Assembly (NCBI GenBank): GCA_038087875.1
Contig: JAXLNO010000641.1
Coordinates: forward strand, 1-42,853
Length of the DNA: 42,853 nt
Source: Malacoraja senta
Taxonomy: Eukaryota
Direction: 5' to 3'
Numbering within the stretch: the first letter of the stretch is position 1; each line of letters starts with the position of its first letter. Below are positions 33,506-42,853 of this stretch, piece after piece. Both the position numbers and the translations under genes were made by a program. The notes beneath the pieces were generated by a model. The model made no database searches. It was not told where the DNA came from and saw only the letters and a list, made by a program, of their open reading frames with translations.

Positions 33506-34660
33506 GTACACAAAAATGCTGGAGGAACTCAGCGGGTGCAGCAGCATCTATGGAGCGAAGGAAATAGGTAACGTTTCGGGCCGAAACCCTTCTTCAGACT
33601 GATAGGGGGTGGGGAGAAGAAAGGAAAAAAGGCGGAGGAGGAGCCCGAGGGCTGGGGGAGGGGAGGAGACAACCAGATGGCTGATGAAGGGGAGGGGACA
33701 GCAAGGGCTAGCAGAATTGGGAGAATTCAATGTTCAAGCCCCCAGGATGTAGACTGCCCAAGCGGAATATGAGGTGCATTTCCTCCAATTTACGGTGTTG
33801 CTCGCTGTGGCCATGGAGGAGACCCAGGACAGAGGTCAGATACGGAATGGGAGGGGGAGTTGAAGTGCTGAGCCACCGGGAGTTCAGGTTGGTTATTGCG
33901 GACCGACCGGAGGTGTTCGGCGAAACGATCGCCAAGCCTCCGCTTGGTCTCACCGATGTAGATCAGCTGGCAACTAGAGCAGCGAATGCAATAGATGAGG
34001 TTGGAGGAGATGCAGGTGAACCTCTGTCGCACCTGGAACGACTGCTTGGGTCCTTGAATGGAGTAGAGGGGGGAGGTGAAGGGACAAGTGTTGCATCTCT
34101 TGCGGTTGCAAGGGAAAGTACCAGGGGAGGGGGTGGTATGGGAGGGAAGGGAAGAATTGATAAGGGAGTTACGGAGGGAGCGGTCTTTGCGGAAGGCAGA
34201 CATGGGGGGAGATGGGAAGATGTGGCGAGTGGTGGGGTCACGTTGGAGGTGGCGAAACTGACGGAGGATCACTTGTTGTATGTGACGGCTGGTGGGGTGA
34301 AAGGTGAGGACTAGGGGGACTCTGCCCTTGTTGTGAGTGGGGGGATGGGGAGAGAGAGCAGTGTTGCGGGGTATGGCAGAGACCCTGGTGCGAGCCTCAT
34401 CTATGGTGAAGGAGGGGAACCCCCGTTCCCTGAACAATGAGGACATTTCAGATGCCCTGGTGTGGAACGCCTCATCCTGGGAGCAGATGCGGCGTAGACG
34501 GAGGAATTGGGAGTGGGGGATGGAGTCCTTACAGGAAGCAGGGTGGGAAGAAGTGTAGTCCAGATAGCCATGGGAGTCGGTAGGTTTGTAGTGGATGTCG
34601 GTAAGGAGTCTATCACCTGCGATGGAGATAGTGAGGTCAAGGAATGGTAGGGAAGTCCTT
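33506..34660 (-). mobile_element. 5'-truncated Penelope-like element (RT C-terminus, GIY-YIG endonuclease, pLTR)
   Basis: LPFLDLTI..YKPTDSHGYLDYTSSHP; C..C..C..NLIYCIRCSSCQLIYIGETKRRLGDRFAEH (GIY-YIG); frameshift near 33830; pLTR at 33506-33600. Confidence 0.92.
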
Positions 34661-35889
34661 TCCATTGATTGACAACATGTATAGTCACATGATTTTCCCT
34701 TTTCCGGCCCCTTTACAACCTTCTTCCCCTCTGTGGCTTTCTTTAACTTCTTTGTTCAAAATCATTTTATTTCATTAAAGTAAAACCACAGATATAAAAC
34801 TAATTCTCAGAGAACACCTCAGAATATAATATACATATCATACAGCAATCACACAACACATACACACAAAACATATTTTCACTTTTGGAAATGAAAGTTA
34901 CTTCTAAAACTTCAGATTTAAACAAATCCTAATTAAACACTTCACAATTATTTCCTTACTTCATAGTTAAAATACAGTTACTTATGGATTACAAAGATTA
35001 AATACGTTTTGCCCCATTCTTACAAAGTGGTAAAGACTTAAGTTAGTTCTAATCACACAATTCCCAACTCCAAGCACAAAGGCCATTAATTGTCACACTT
35101 GATAAATTATAATTGTTTCATACCAAGCTCGGGTCAAGTTTCATTTTGAATTACAACCTCCCCCTTGCTCATCTCTGGAGGAAAGGAATGTAAGGCCTCT
35201 TTACAACTTCTTACTGATAGCATTCCACACAACAAATTGAAGATTATCAAAACAGAGTTACTTTCTCAGTTTTCTATAACCATAAGAAACCCTTTTGCAA
35301 AGGTCACACAACCATCACCCATGCCTTATCTCTTATCTCAACATAAATATATTTAAACAGCACAAACCATCTCACAGACTAATATCTAGCCTTGGTGCCT
35401 ACGACCCAATACAGACAACCATAAATCCTCTCTGTAACACACCAGAGCTCAGAGATGTGTCACAAAGAAAACACAAATGATGCCTGTCCCGGGAAGAGAT
35501 CCCATTAACAACCTACAATCTAAACACCAATCCAAACCAAATACAACTTCTGACAGTTATAGCCGCTTTAAAGCAACCAAAGCTATTCCAATTTACATCA
35601 ACATCTCCATGTTATCTCAAGCCATCTGTTCTCCTATGTGTGTGTGTTCTTTATTCCGTTGTGGCCTATGTATTTTGAAAACCTCTGCTCCCAGTCCTTC
35701 TCATGCAACTTAAGACAAGTTCCTCACACAGAAATGATAATTTAAGCAATTTTATTGTATAATATTTCCTCAGAGCCACAGGAGATGGGCAAGGTCCACA
35801 ACAAGTGTTTTTACCGTGGAGAAAGACAGGCGGATGGGGGATCTTGGGGTAGTCACTGGAAGTGGCTTGAGAGCAGTCAGTATTATGGT

Positions 35890-36197
35890 TAATAGACAAT
35901 AGACAATAGGTGCAGGAGTAGGCCATTCGGCCCTTCGAGCCAGCACCGCCATTCAATGTGATCATGGCTGATCAACCCCAATCAGTACCCCATTCTTGCC
36001 TTCTCCCCATATCCCCTGACTCTGCTACCTTTAAGAGCCCTATCTAGCTCTCTCTTAAAAGTATCCAGAGAACCGGCCTCCACCGCCCTCTGAGGCAGAG
36101 AATTCCACAGACTCACAACTCTCTGTGAGAAAAAGTGTTTCCTCGTCTCCGTTCTATGTGCCCCTGGTTCTGGACTCCCCCAACATCGGGAACATGT
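35890..36197 (-). mobile_element. CR1 3'-end fragment
   Basis: (CAATAGA)n tail and GGTGCAGGAGTAGGCCATTCGGCCC 3'UTR on the reverse strand. Confidence 0.85.
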
Positions 36198-36199
36198 TG

Positions 36200-37850
36200 C
36201 AGAGATCGCAGAGGTGCTGTAGGTACCTGAAGCGTATGAAGATAGACAAATTTCCCAGGCCTGTTCAGTTATATCCTAGGACACTGTGGGAAACGAGAAG
36301 CCCTTGCAGAGACTTATGAATCATTGTTAAATACAGAAGAGTTGATGGAAGACTAGAGGGAGGCAAATGCTGTGCCTCTATTCAAGAAGGGCTGGAAACT
36401 ACAGGCCAGTGAGCTTAACATTTGTGGTTGGAAAGTTACTAGGGAGTGTTCTGGGGGATACGATATATATATATGTGCACTTAGATGGACAGGGGCTGAT
36501 TAGGGATAGTCAACATGGTTTATACATGGGATGAGGTGTCGCCCAAATCTGTTTGAGTTATTTGAGGATGTGACATTATTGCCATAGAGGGAGTGCAGAG
36601 AAGGTTCACCAGACTGATTCCTGGGATGTCAGGACTGTCTTATGAAGAAAGACTGGATAGACTTGGTTTATACTCTCTAGAATTTAGGAGATTGAGAGGG
36701 GATCTTATAGAAACTTACAACATTCTTAAGGGGTTGGACAGGCTAGATGCAGGAAGATTGCTCCCGATGTTGGGGAAGTCCAGGACAAGGGGTCACAGCT
36801 TAAGGATAAGGGGGAAATCCTTTAAAACCGAGATGAGAACTTTTTTCACACAGAGAGTGGTGAATCTCTGGAACTCTCTGCCACAGAGGGTAGTCGAGGC
36901 CAGTTCATTGGCTATATTTAAGAGGGAGCTAGATGTGGCCCTTGTGGCTAAAGGGATCAGAGGGTATGGAGAGAAGGCAGGTACGGGATACTGAGTTGGA
37001 TGATCAGCCATGATCATATTGAATGGCGGTGCAGGCTCGAAGGGCCGAATGGCCTACTCCTGCACCTAATTTCTATGTTTCTATGTTTCTATGTGACCAA
37101 AAAGGTCGATGAGGGTAGAGCTGTGGACATTGTATACATGTATTTTAGTAAGGCATTTGACAAGGTACCGCATGGTAGGCTGCTCTAGAAGGTTAGATCC
37201 AATGGGTTTCATGGAGATATCGATGAATGGATAGAAAATTGACTTCATTGAAAGAAGCAGAGGGTGATGGTGGAGGGTTGTTTTTTCAGACTGGAGGCCT
37301 GTGACTGGTGGTGTGCCTCAGGGTTTAATGCTGGGCCCAATGCAGTTTGTCATCTGTATCAATGATTTGTACGAGAATGTGCATGGCATGGTGAGCTAGT
37401 TTGCAGATGACACAAAAGTGGGTGGTATAGTAGATAGTGAACATGGTTATCAAAAGTTGCAGCAGAATCTTGTTGATTTGGTACGTGGGCTGAGGAATTG
37501 TTGATAGAATGTAATACAGGGAAATGTGAGGTGTTGCATTTGGGAGCACTAACATGGGCAGAATCTACACAGTAAATGGAAGAGCAGAGGGATTTAGGAG
37601 CACAGTTATATAGGTAATTGAAAGTGGCATTACAAGTAGATAGGGTGGTCAAAAAGGCTTTTGGCACATTGGCCTTCATCAGTTAGAGCACTGTATAGAG
37701 GTTGGGAGGTCATGTTGTACACATATAAGATGTTGGTGAGGCTGCATTTAGTGTATTGTCCCCAGTTTTGGGGAACATGTTATGGGAAAGATGTTATCAA
37801 GCTAAAAAAGGGCGCAGAGAAGATTTACGATGATTTTGACAGGACTCAAA
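36200..37850 (+). mobile_element. Old degenerate CR1 ORF2, interrupted by a younger CR1
   Basis: NYRPVSLT-like sequence near 36397-36420; FEDVT|KKVDEGRAVDIVYMYFSKAFDKVPHGRLL across the insertion; FADDTK near 37400. Confidence 0.8.
36572..37092 (+). mobile_element. Young 5'-truncated CR1 nested in the older CR1
   Basis: QRRFTRLIPGMSGLSYEERL..GIRGYGEKAGTGY*; (CTATGTTT)n tail; ATGTGAC at both junctions. Confidence 0.9.
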
Positions 37851-38312
37851 GATAGCTTGGGACTACATAATAAAGTTATAGTCTTGATCTCCTAACCTAC
37901 CTCACTGCGGCCCTTGTACTATTTTATTTGGACTTTCTCTGTGTCTGTAACACTATTCTGTACGCTTGATATTATTGCACTCCCTGTTGTACTTGTGCCG
38001 GGTTTGATTGTACTCATGTGTGGTATGATTTGCATGGATAGCACACAAAACAACGTTTTTTCACTGTATCTCAGTACACGGGTTAATAATAAACTAATAT
38101 CAATGCAAATGTGTGTAGGGCCAGGGAGATGGTGTCTGCCAAGGATCTGTTTTGTTGCTGGGTGACAATGGATCAATTCTGTTTTTGCCAGCATACATCT
38201 TACTCTAATTAACCTTTGCAAGCTCTTGTCTAACACTGTTAAACTTAGCCTTGCCCTAATTTAAACTTAAATTGTGATCACATCAGTTCTTTTCCATAAC
38301 TATTTTAAAACC

Positions 38313-38495
38313 GGCGGCACGGTGGCGCAGCAGTAGAATTGCTGACTTACAACATTCGCAGCGCTGGAGACCCTGGTTCAATCCCGACCACAGGTGCTGT
38401 CCCTACGGAGTTTGTACATTCTCCCTGTTTTCTCCGAGACCTTCGGTTTCCTCCCTCACTCCAAAGACGTACAGGTTTGTAGGTTAATTGGCTTT
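38313..38495 (+). mobile_element. tRNA-derived V-SINE/HE1-like SINE
   Basis: GGCGGCACGGTGGCGCAG head, GGTTCAATCCC B-box, GGAGTTTGTACATTCTCCC..GGTTTCCTCCC.CACTCCAAAGAC core; another fragment at about 42690-42800. Confidence 0.75.
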
Positions 38496-38513
38496 GGCTT
38501 GCATACTGGGTAT

Positions 38514-38725
38514 ACAGTGCATTCAGAAAGTATTCAGACTCCTTCACTTTTCCACATTTTGTTACGTTACAGCCTTATTCTAAAATGGGATAAATTACTT
38601 ATTTTTATCATCAATCTACACACAATATCCCATAATAAAAAAGCAAAAACAGATGTTTAGAATTTTTTGCAAAATATTAAAAAGAAATAACAGAAATATC
38701 ACATTTACATAAGTATTCATACTTA
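38514..38725. mobile_element. Solo Tc1 TIR fragment
   Basis: TA|CAGTGCATTCAGAAAGTATTCAGAC.., near-identical to 27566-27765. Confidence 0.85.
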
Positions 38726-38849
38726 TGTAAATTATTATATATGGAACATTTATAAAATTCTGAGGCAGAGTACCTTTATGTCTGAGGAAACCTATTCTCT
38801 CACTAGTTACCCTCTTTCCTTTAATGCACTTTAGGACTTGAGTCATAGT

Positions 38850-39670
38850 GTTACACAGCACGGAAACAGGTCCTTCACTCCAAATTTCCGAAGATGACCA
38901 CAAGATGTCCCATCTGCACTAGTTCCACTGGCACAGGCTTACCCCAGATCTCTCTAAACCTTTCTTATCCATGTATCTGTCCAAATGTATTTTTAAATGC
39001 AGTTATTGTACCTGCCTTAACTACCTTTTCTGTCAGATTGTTCTATATATCCACCATCCTCTGTTTGAAAACGTTGCCCCTCAGTTTTCTATTGAATCTT
39101 TCCTCTCTCGCCTATGTCCTCTGGTTCTTGATTCCCCTACTCTGGGTAACAGACACTGTGCATTCACACTACCTATCCCCCTCATGATCCTATAAATCTC
39201 TATAAGATAATCCCTTGGCCTCCTGGGCTCCAAGGAATAAAGTCCTGGCCAGCCCAACCTCCTGCTATAGTTAGGGCCTTCAGGTTGTGACAACATGCTT
39301 ATACATCTCCTTTACACACTTTGTCACTTAACAATATTCTTACTATAACAAATTCACTATCTTCACTATCTATGAAATCAGCCATTTTAGTGTCACTGCA
39401 AACTTACTAATCATGCCTTCTACATTCTCAGCCAAATCGTTGATATAAACTGCACAGCAATGGGCACAGCACCGATCCCTGGAACACACCACAAGTCATA
39501 GACTTCCAGTCCGATAAACAACCCATCATCATCACCCTCTGCTGCCTTCCATGAAGCCATTTTTTTATCCAGTTGCTTAACTTTTCCTGGATCCCATACA
39601 ATCTAAATTTCCAGAGCAGTTTACCATGAAGAACCTAATCAAATCCTCACCTGAAGTTCATATAGACAAC
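38850..39670 (-). mobile_element. Old CR1 fragment
   Basis: Minus-strand LGWPGLYSLEPRRPRDYLIEIYRIMRG..ESRTRGH; degenerate FA.D and GS.LGP-like remnants. Confidence 0.65.
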
Positions 39671-39938
39671 GTCTATGTAGAAACTGGGAACTGCAGATGC
39701 TGGTTTACCAAGGAAATACCAAAAATGCTGAACTAACTCCAACAATTATGCCTTTGCACTCAAAAATCTTTTTGGTTACTTCTTCAAACATTTCAACTCA
39801 ACTCAATTTTCAAATCTTTAACTTCTAACTTCAGGTAACTTCTACAAACACTTTCCCTCCCTGTCCCCTTTCAAATCCCCCCACCCCTCCGCACTCTCCC
39901 CTCCCCTTACTTTCCACCCCCACCCCCCTTACACCAAA

Positions 39939-40437
39939 AAGGCCTGTCCCACGGGCATGCGGTTACTGGCGGTGTAGCAGGAAGTTGGGACCGCTCGTGG
40001 ACCGCCAGAGACCGCGCATGGCCCGCGGGGTCGATCCCACGCACACCGCCGGGACCGTATATAGTTGGTCCCAACACCGCGCGGTGCTCACAAAAAGTCG
40101 ACACCATTCAAAAATGTTGGCATACGGCACAGCCGTTGCCAGTGCGCCGCGAGCACCGCTAGAGCGCCGCGAGCCGTCTTGACATCATCGCGTAGGCCCG
40201 TTGCGTTGCGCGATGACATCTTCACCCGACGCCGCCCGACATCCATTCCAGTCGGCCCGTGGGACAGGCCGTGCGGTGACCACCCGGCATACGCGCGGCA
40301 ACAGCTTCCGGTAAGGTTGAACTTAAGGCATGCTCGTGGGACACATCCGCGCGGCGCTCCCGCGGTAGCCGAGCGGTCCCTGCTTCCGGGCACGCCGCGC
40401 TTCACCGCCAGTAACCGCCTGCCCATGGGACAGAGCC
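39939..40437. mobile_element. GC-rich PIF/Harbinger-type MITE
   Basis: GGCCTGTCCCACGGGCATGCGGTTACTGGCGGTG versus CACCGCCAGTAACCGCCTGCCCATGGGACAG inverted repeats. Confidence 0.7.
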
Positions 40438-40611
40438 AAGGTCCTTCAACAGTTCACAACCATGTATCCCTTTTGCCTCACACCTGCTTCTATCTCTCGC
40501 CTTTATCCAACAACCTGCCTATCAGGGAACCCTCTCATCTGAGGTCATCTGTTACCGGCTGTGAATTGTCCAGCCCCCTCTTCTACTTGTTTTCTGCCTC
40601 CCCGCTGCAAA

Positions 40612-40735
40612 CAGTCTGAAGAAGGGTCCCGACCTGAAACGTCACCTATCCATTTTCTCCAGAGACACTACCTGACCTACTGAGTTACTCCAGTATTTTG
40701 TGTCTATCTTTGGTATAAACCAGCAACTGCAATGC
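40612..40735 (+). mobile_element. Penelope-like pLTR fragment
   Basis: GTCTGAAGAAGGGTCCCGACCTGAAACGTCACC..CTGAGTTACTCCAG. Confidence 0.7.
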
Positions 40736-41296
40736 CTTCCTTATTTCTTTAAACTCAATTTTCTTTAATATTATCTGCCAGATGTATCTCCTGTCCCCTT
40801 ATTTCCCTCCTGATTTCCTTCATAATCCTGCTCCTCAGTTCTCGGAACCGCTCCAGGAATGCACAATCCTTGCTGCCTATACCTGGCCCTTGCCTCCTCC
40901 TTCCTGACACTCAATGAATTTCTCTCCTCATCCAAGCTTCCTTACTCCCACCTGCCTTGCCTTTCACAACAACAGGAATAAGCAAACCCTTAACTCTTTC
41001 CACCACACTTGTATAAGCCTATTCTAAGCATCTTTAGCAAGTTGCTATCTGATACCAAAGTTCTCCTTGCCCCAATTCAGAATTGTAACTAGTGGGGCCC
41101 ACCCCACCCCCACCCCCACCGTTTTAAAGGAAAGACAGATGCAATGAAATTACTTTTACACCACAATAAAAAATAAAATCCACACTTAAAGTTAAACAAT
41201 GAAAAGTCAGCAGGATTTAAACTAACATGAAATTAACTGGATTTTTCTGCATGTGGGCTCTCCTCATGCAGTGATGTACCTGTGGTCGGCAGCCGC

Positions 41297-41608
41297 TCAA
41301 AATAAGCTGTCCTGCCACGGCACACTGCCCAATTCTGAATTATAGTAGGAGCAGAGATGGTCTCTCTGCTCTTTTGCACTGTTGGTCCCCGTGTTACCTC
41401 GAAAAGCCTGCAGTGGCACCAAAGTCTCGTCATTTGTACCACTCCTCCACGCACCTAGTGTTATTCTCCCTGTTTGACTGTCCACTAAGTCACCGTCCTG
41501 CATGGCTGTTGCTGATCCTGAAGCTGCACCTCTGATACGGATCAGGTTGTGCAGAACACATGCAGCAAACACAATAGTCTCTACGTTCTTTGGCTGGCAT
41601 GACATCAT
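41297..41608 (-). pseudogene. PIF/Harbinger transposase C-terminal remnant
   Basis: PKNVETIVFAACVLHNLIR..A..QRDHLCSYYNSELGSVPWQ, the ACxxLHN..R..F/Y..GxVPWQ ending typical of Harbinger DDE transposases. Confidence 0.75.
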
Positions 41609-42853
41609 TTTTTGAACATGTGATAATTTTTCAACACTTCGATATACATTGTTGCCTCAAGATTAACGGGAGAGCAACTTGGTACACTCGGGAGACGAAC
41701 TTGGAACATCGCAGAAATGAGAAGTAAACGGGAAACTTAGACATACCCGTGGGAACTCGGTTAAACTCTGGATCATAAACTTGTAGTATCGTACGCAACC
41801 ACGAGTCTTTCACTCGGGGTCACTCGTGGGTCAACTCGCACAGTGTGACAGACCTTTAACTATTGTCCCAAAAGACTCACCAACTTACAGCCGCGCACAA
41901 TTGAAAATGGCGCCGTGACGCCTCTCCTTGCGCGTGCGCAGTTGGAGCGGCAGTCGCACATGCGTAGTTGGGGCAGTAGTCGCACATGCTGTGGGGAAGC
42001 CGTCTAACCGCGCGTGCGCAGACGGGGCGGCATTCGCACATGCGCATTTGGGGAACGCTTAAATTTCAGGAAATACCATAAAATACCAGGAAATTTGGGA
42101 GTTTATTTCAGGGAAAAAAATAATTGCGTTGTGGAAGCACTGAGTCTAATCCTTGCAGACCAAGTTTAACAACATGTTTGCACTGATATTCTCCACCTTG
42201 ACTCTGTTCCTCTATGCAGTGGGTAAGTGCAGTCCCAGGATGGGTCGCCCAGTCTGGGTTAGTTTCATCTGCTTTCAAGTTCAATTTACATATTGCAGTG
42301 ATGTGTATCTACGACTTTACAGTTGAATATTTCTGTTTAAAATTGAGATGTTTTGTGTTCTTGGTTCTCTGTGAGAAGGACACTGAAGTGTACTGCTCTG
42401 GAGTTCCTACCCAGCATGGATATCAATTTGTTTCACTGCTTTGCTAATCAAGGTTTAGAAGTCATCTGAGGCTGTTCTGATTCATCTCTGAGCAGATTAT
42501 TTGGCTGAAATATCAGAAGATAGGAAACACGTGTACATTTGCAACCCATTTCTAAAAGAAATGCCTTATACAAACGCAAGAGAGAGTGGAGATTAAACAG
42601 GCAGACGTAAAGGGGATATAATAACGAGAAGAGTTTATTTTTCATATGCTGCAGAATGGACGGGAGCAATTAAATTTCATACTTACTAGCTTTCGGCACA
42701 TTAATCTGTATGGAGTTTGTACATTCTCTCTGTGACCATGTGGGATTTCTCTGAATGTTTTGGTTTCTTCCTACACTCCAAAAACATACACGTTTGTACA
42801 TTGTTTAAGAAGGATCTGCAGATGCTGGAAAAAAACAAGGGTAGAGAAAAATG

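Noticed and set aside
34680..35880. AT-rich region resembling the ERV-like internal sequence at about 6800-7700
   Set aside because: Only compositional resemblance; no LTR, PBS or convincing retroviral motif identified by eye.
41925..42055. Cluster of GCGCATGCGC-like motifs resembling a CpG promoter
   Set aside because: Short tandem units next to a TIR-like end near 42142; more likely DNA-transposon internal repeats, with no associated exon seen.

Overview
Vertebrate genomic DNA, almost certainly from a cartilaginous fish, probably a skate or ray. This is inferred from the repeat set: CR1/HER1-type LINEs with (CTATGTTT)n tails, HE1/V-SINE-like SINEs, Rex1/Babar, Penelope, Tc1 and PIF/Harbinger. 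Most of the window is transposable-element debris, often nested. Hidden among it on the + strand is a spliced gene that the ORF track mostly misses. Its exons are an intact germline-joined VJ-type Ig V exon (15030-15377), a second V exon decapitated by a CR1 fragment (17501-17732), an uncharged TM exon (23902-24030), three short cytoplasmic exons (24196-24269, 26780-26821, 26912-26954) and a probable terminal exon (31839-31849). Splicing through canonical GT-AG sites keeps one open frame and assembles a YENI motif plus a canonical ITAM (YMDL-x7-YGHL) split across two exons. This suggests a non-rearranging antigen-receptor-like V-domain receptor with its own activating tail; no leader exon was found. 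Also present: a degenerate ERV with a tRNA-Ser PBS, an intact Rex1/Babar ORF, a near-intact CR1 ORF2, Penelope pLTRs with hammerhead-like cores, a TAG-terminated TIR element carrying a coding-like fragment, and a four-layer nested transposon stack.
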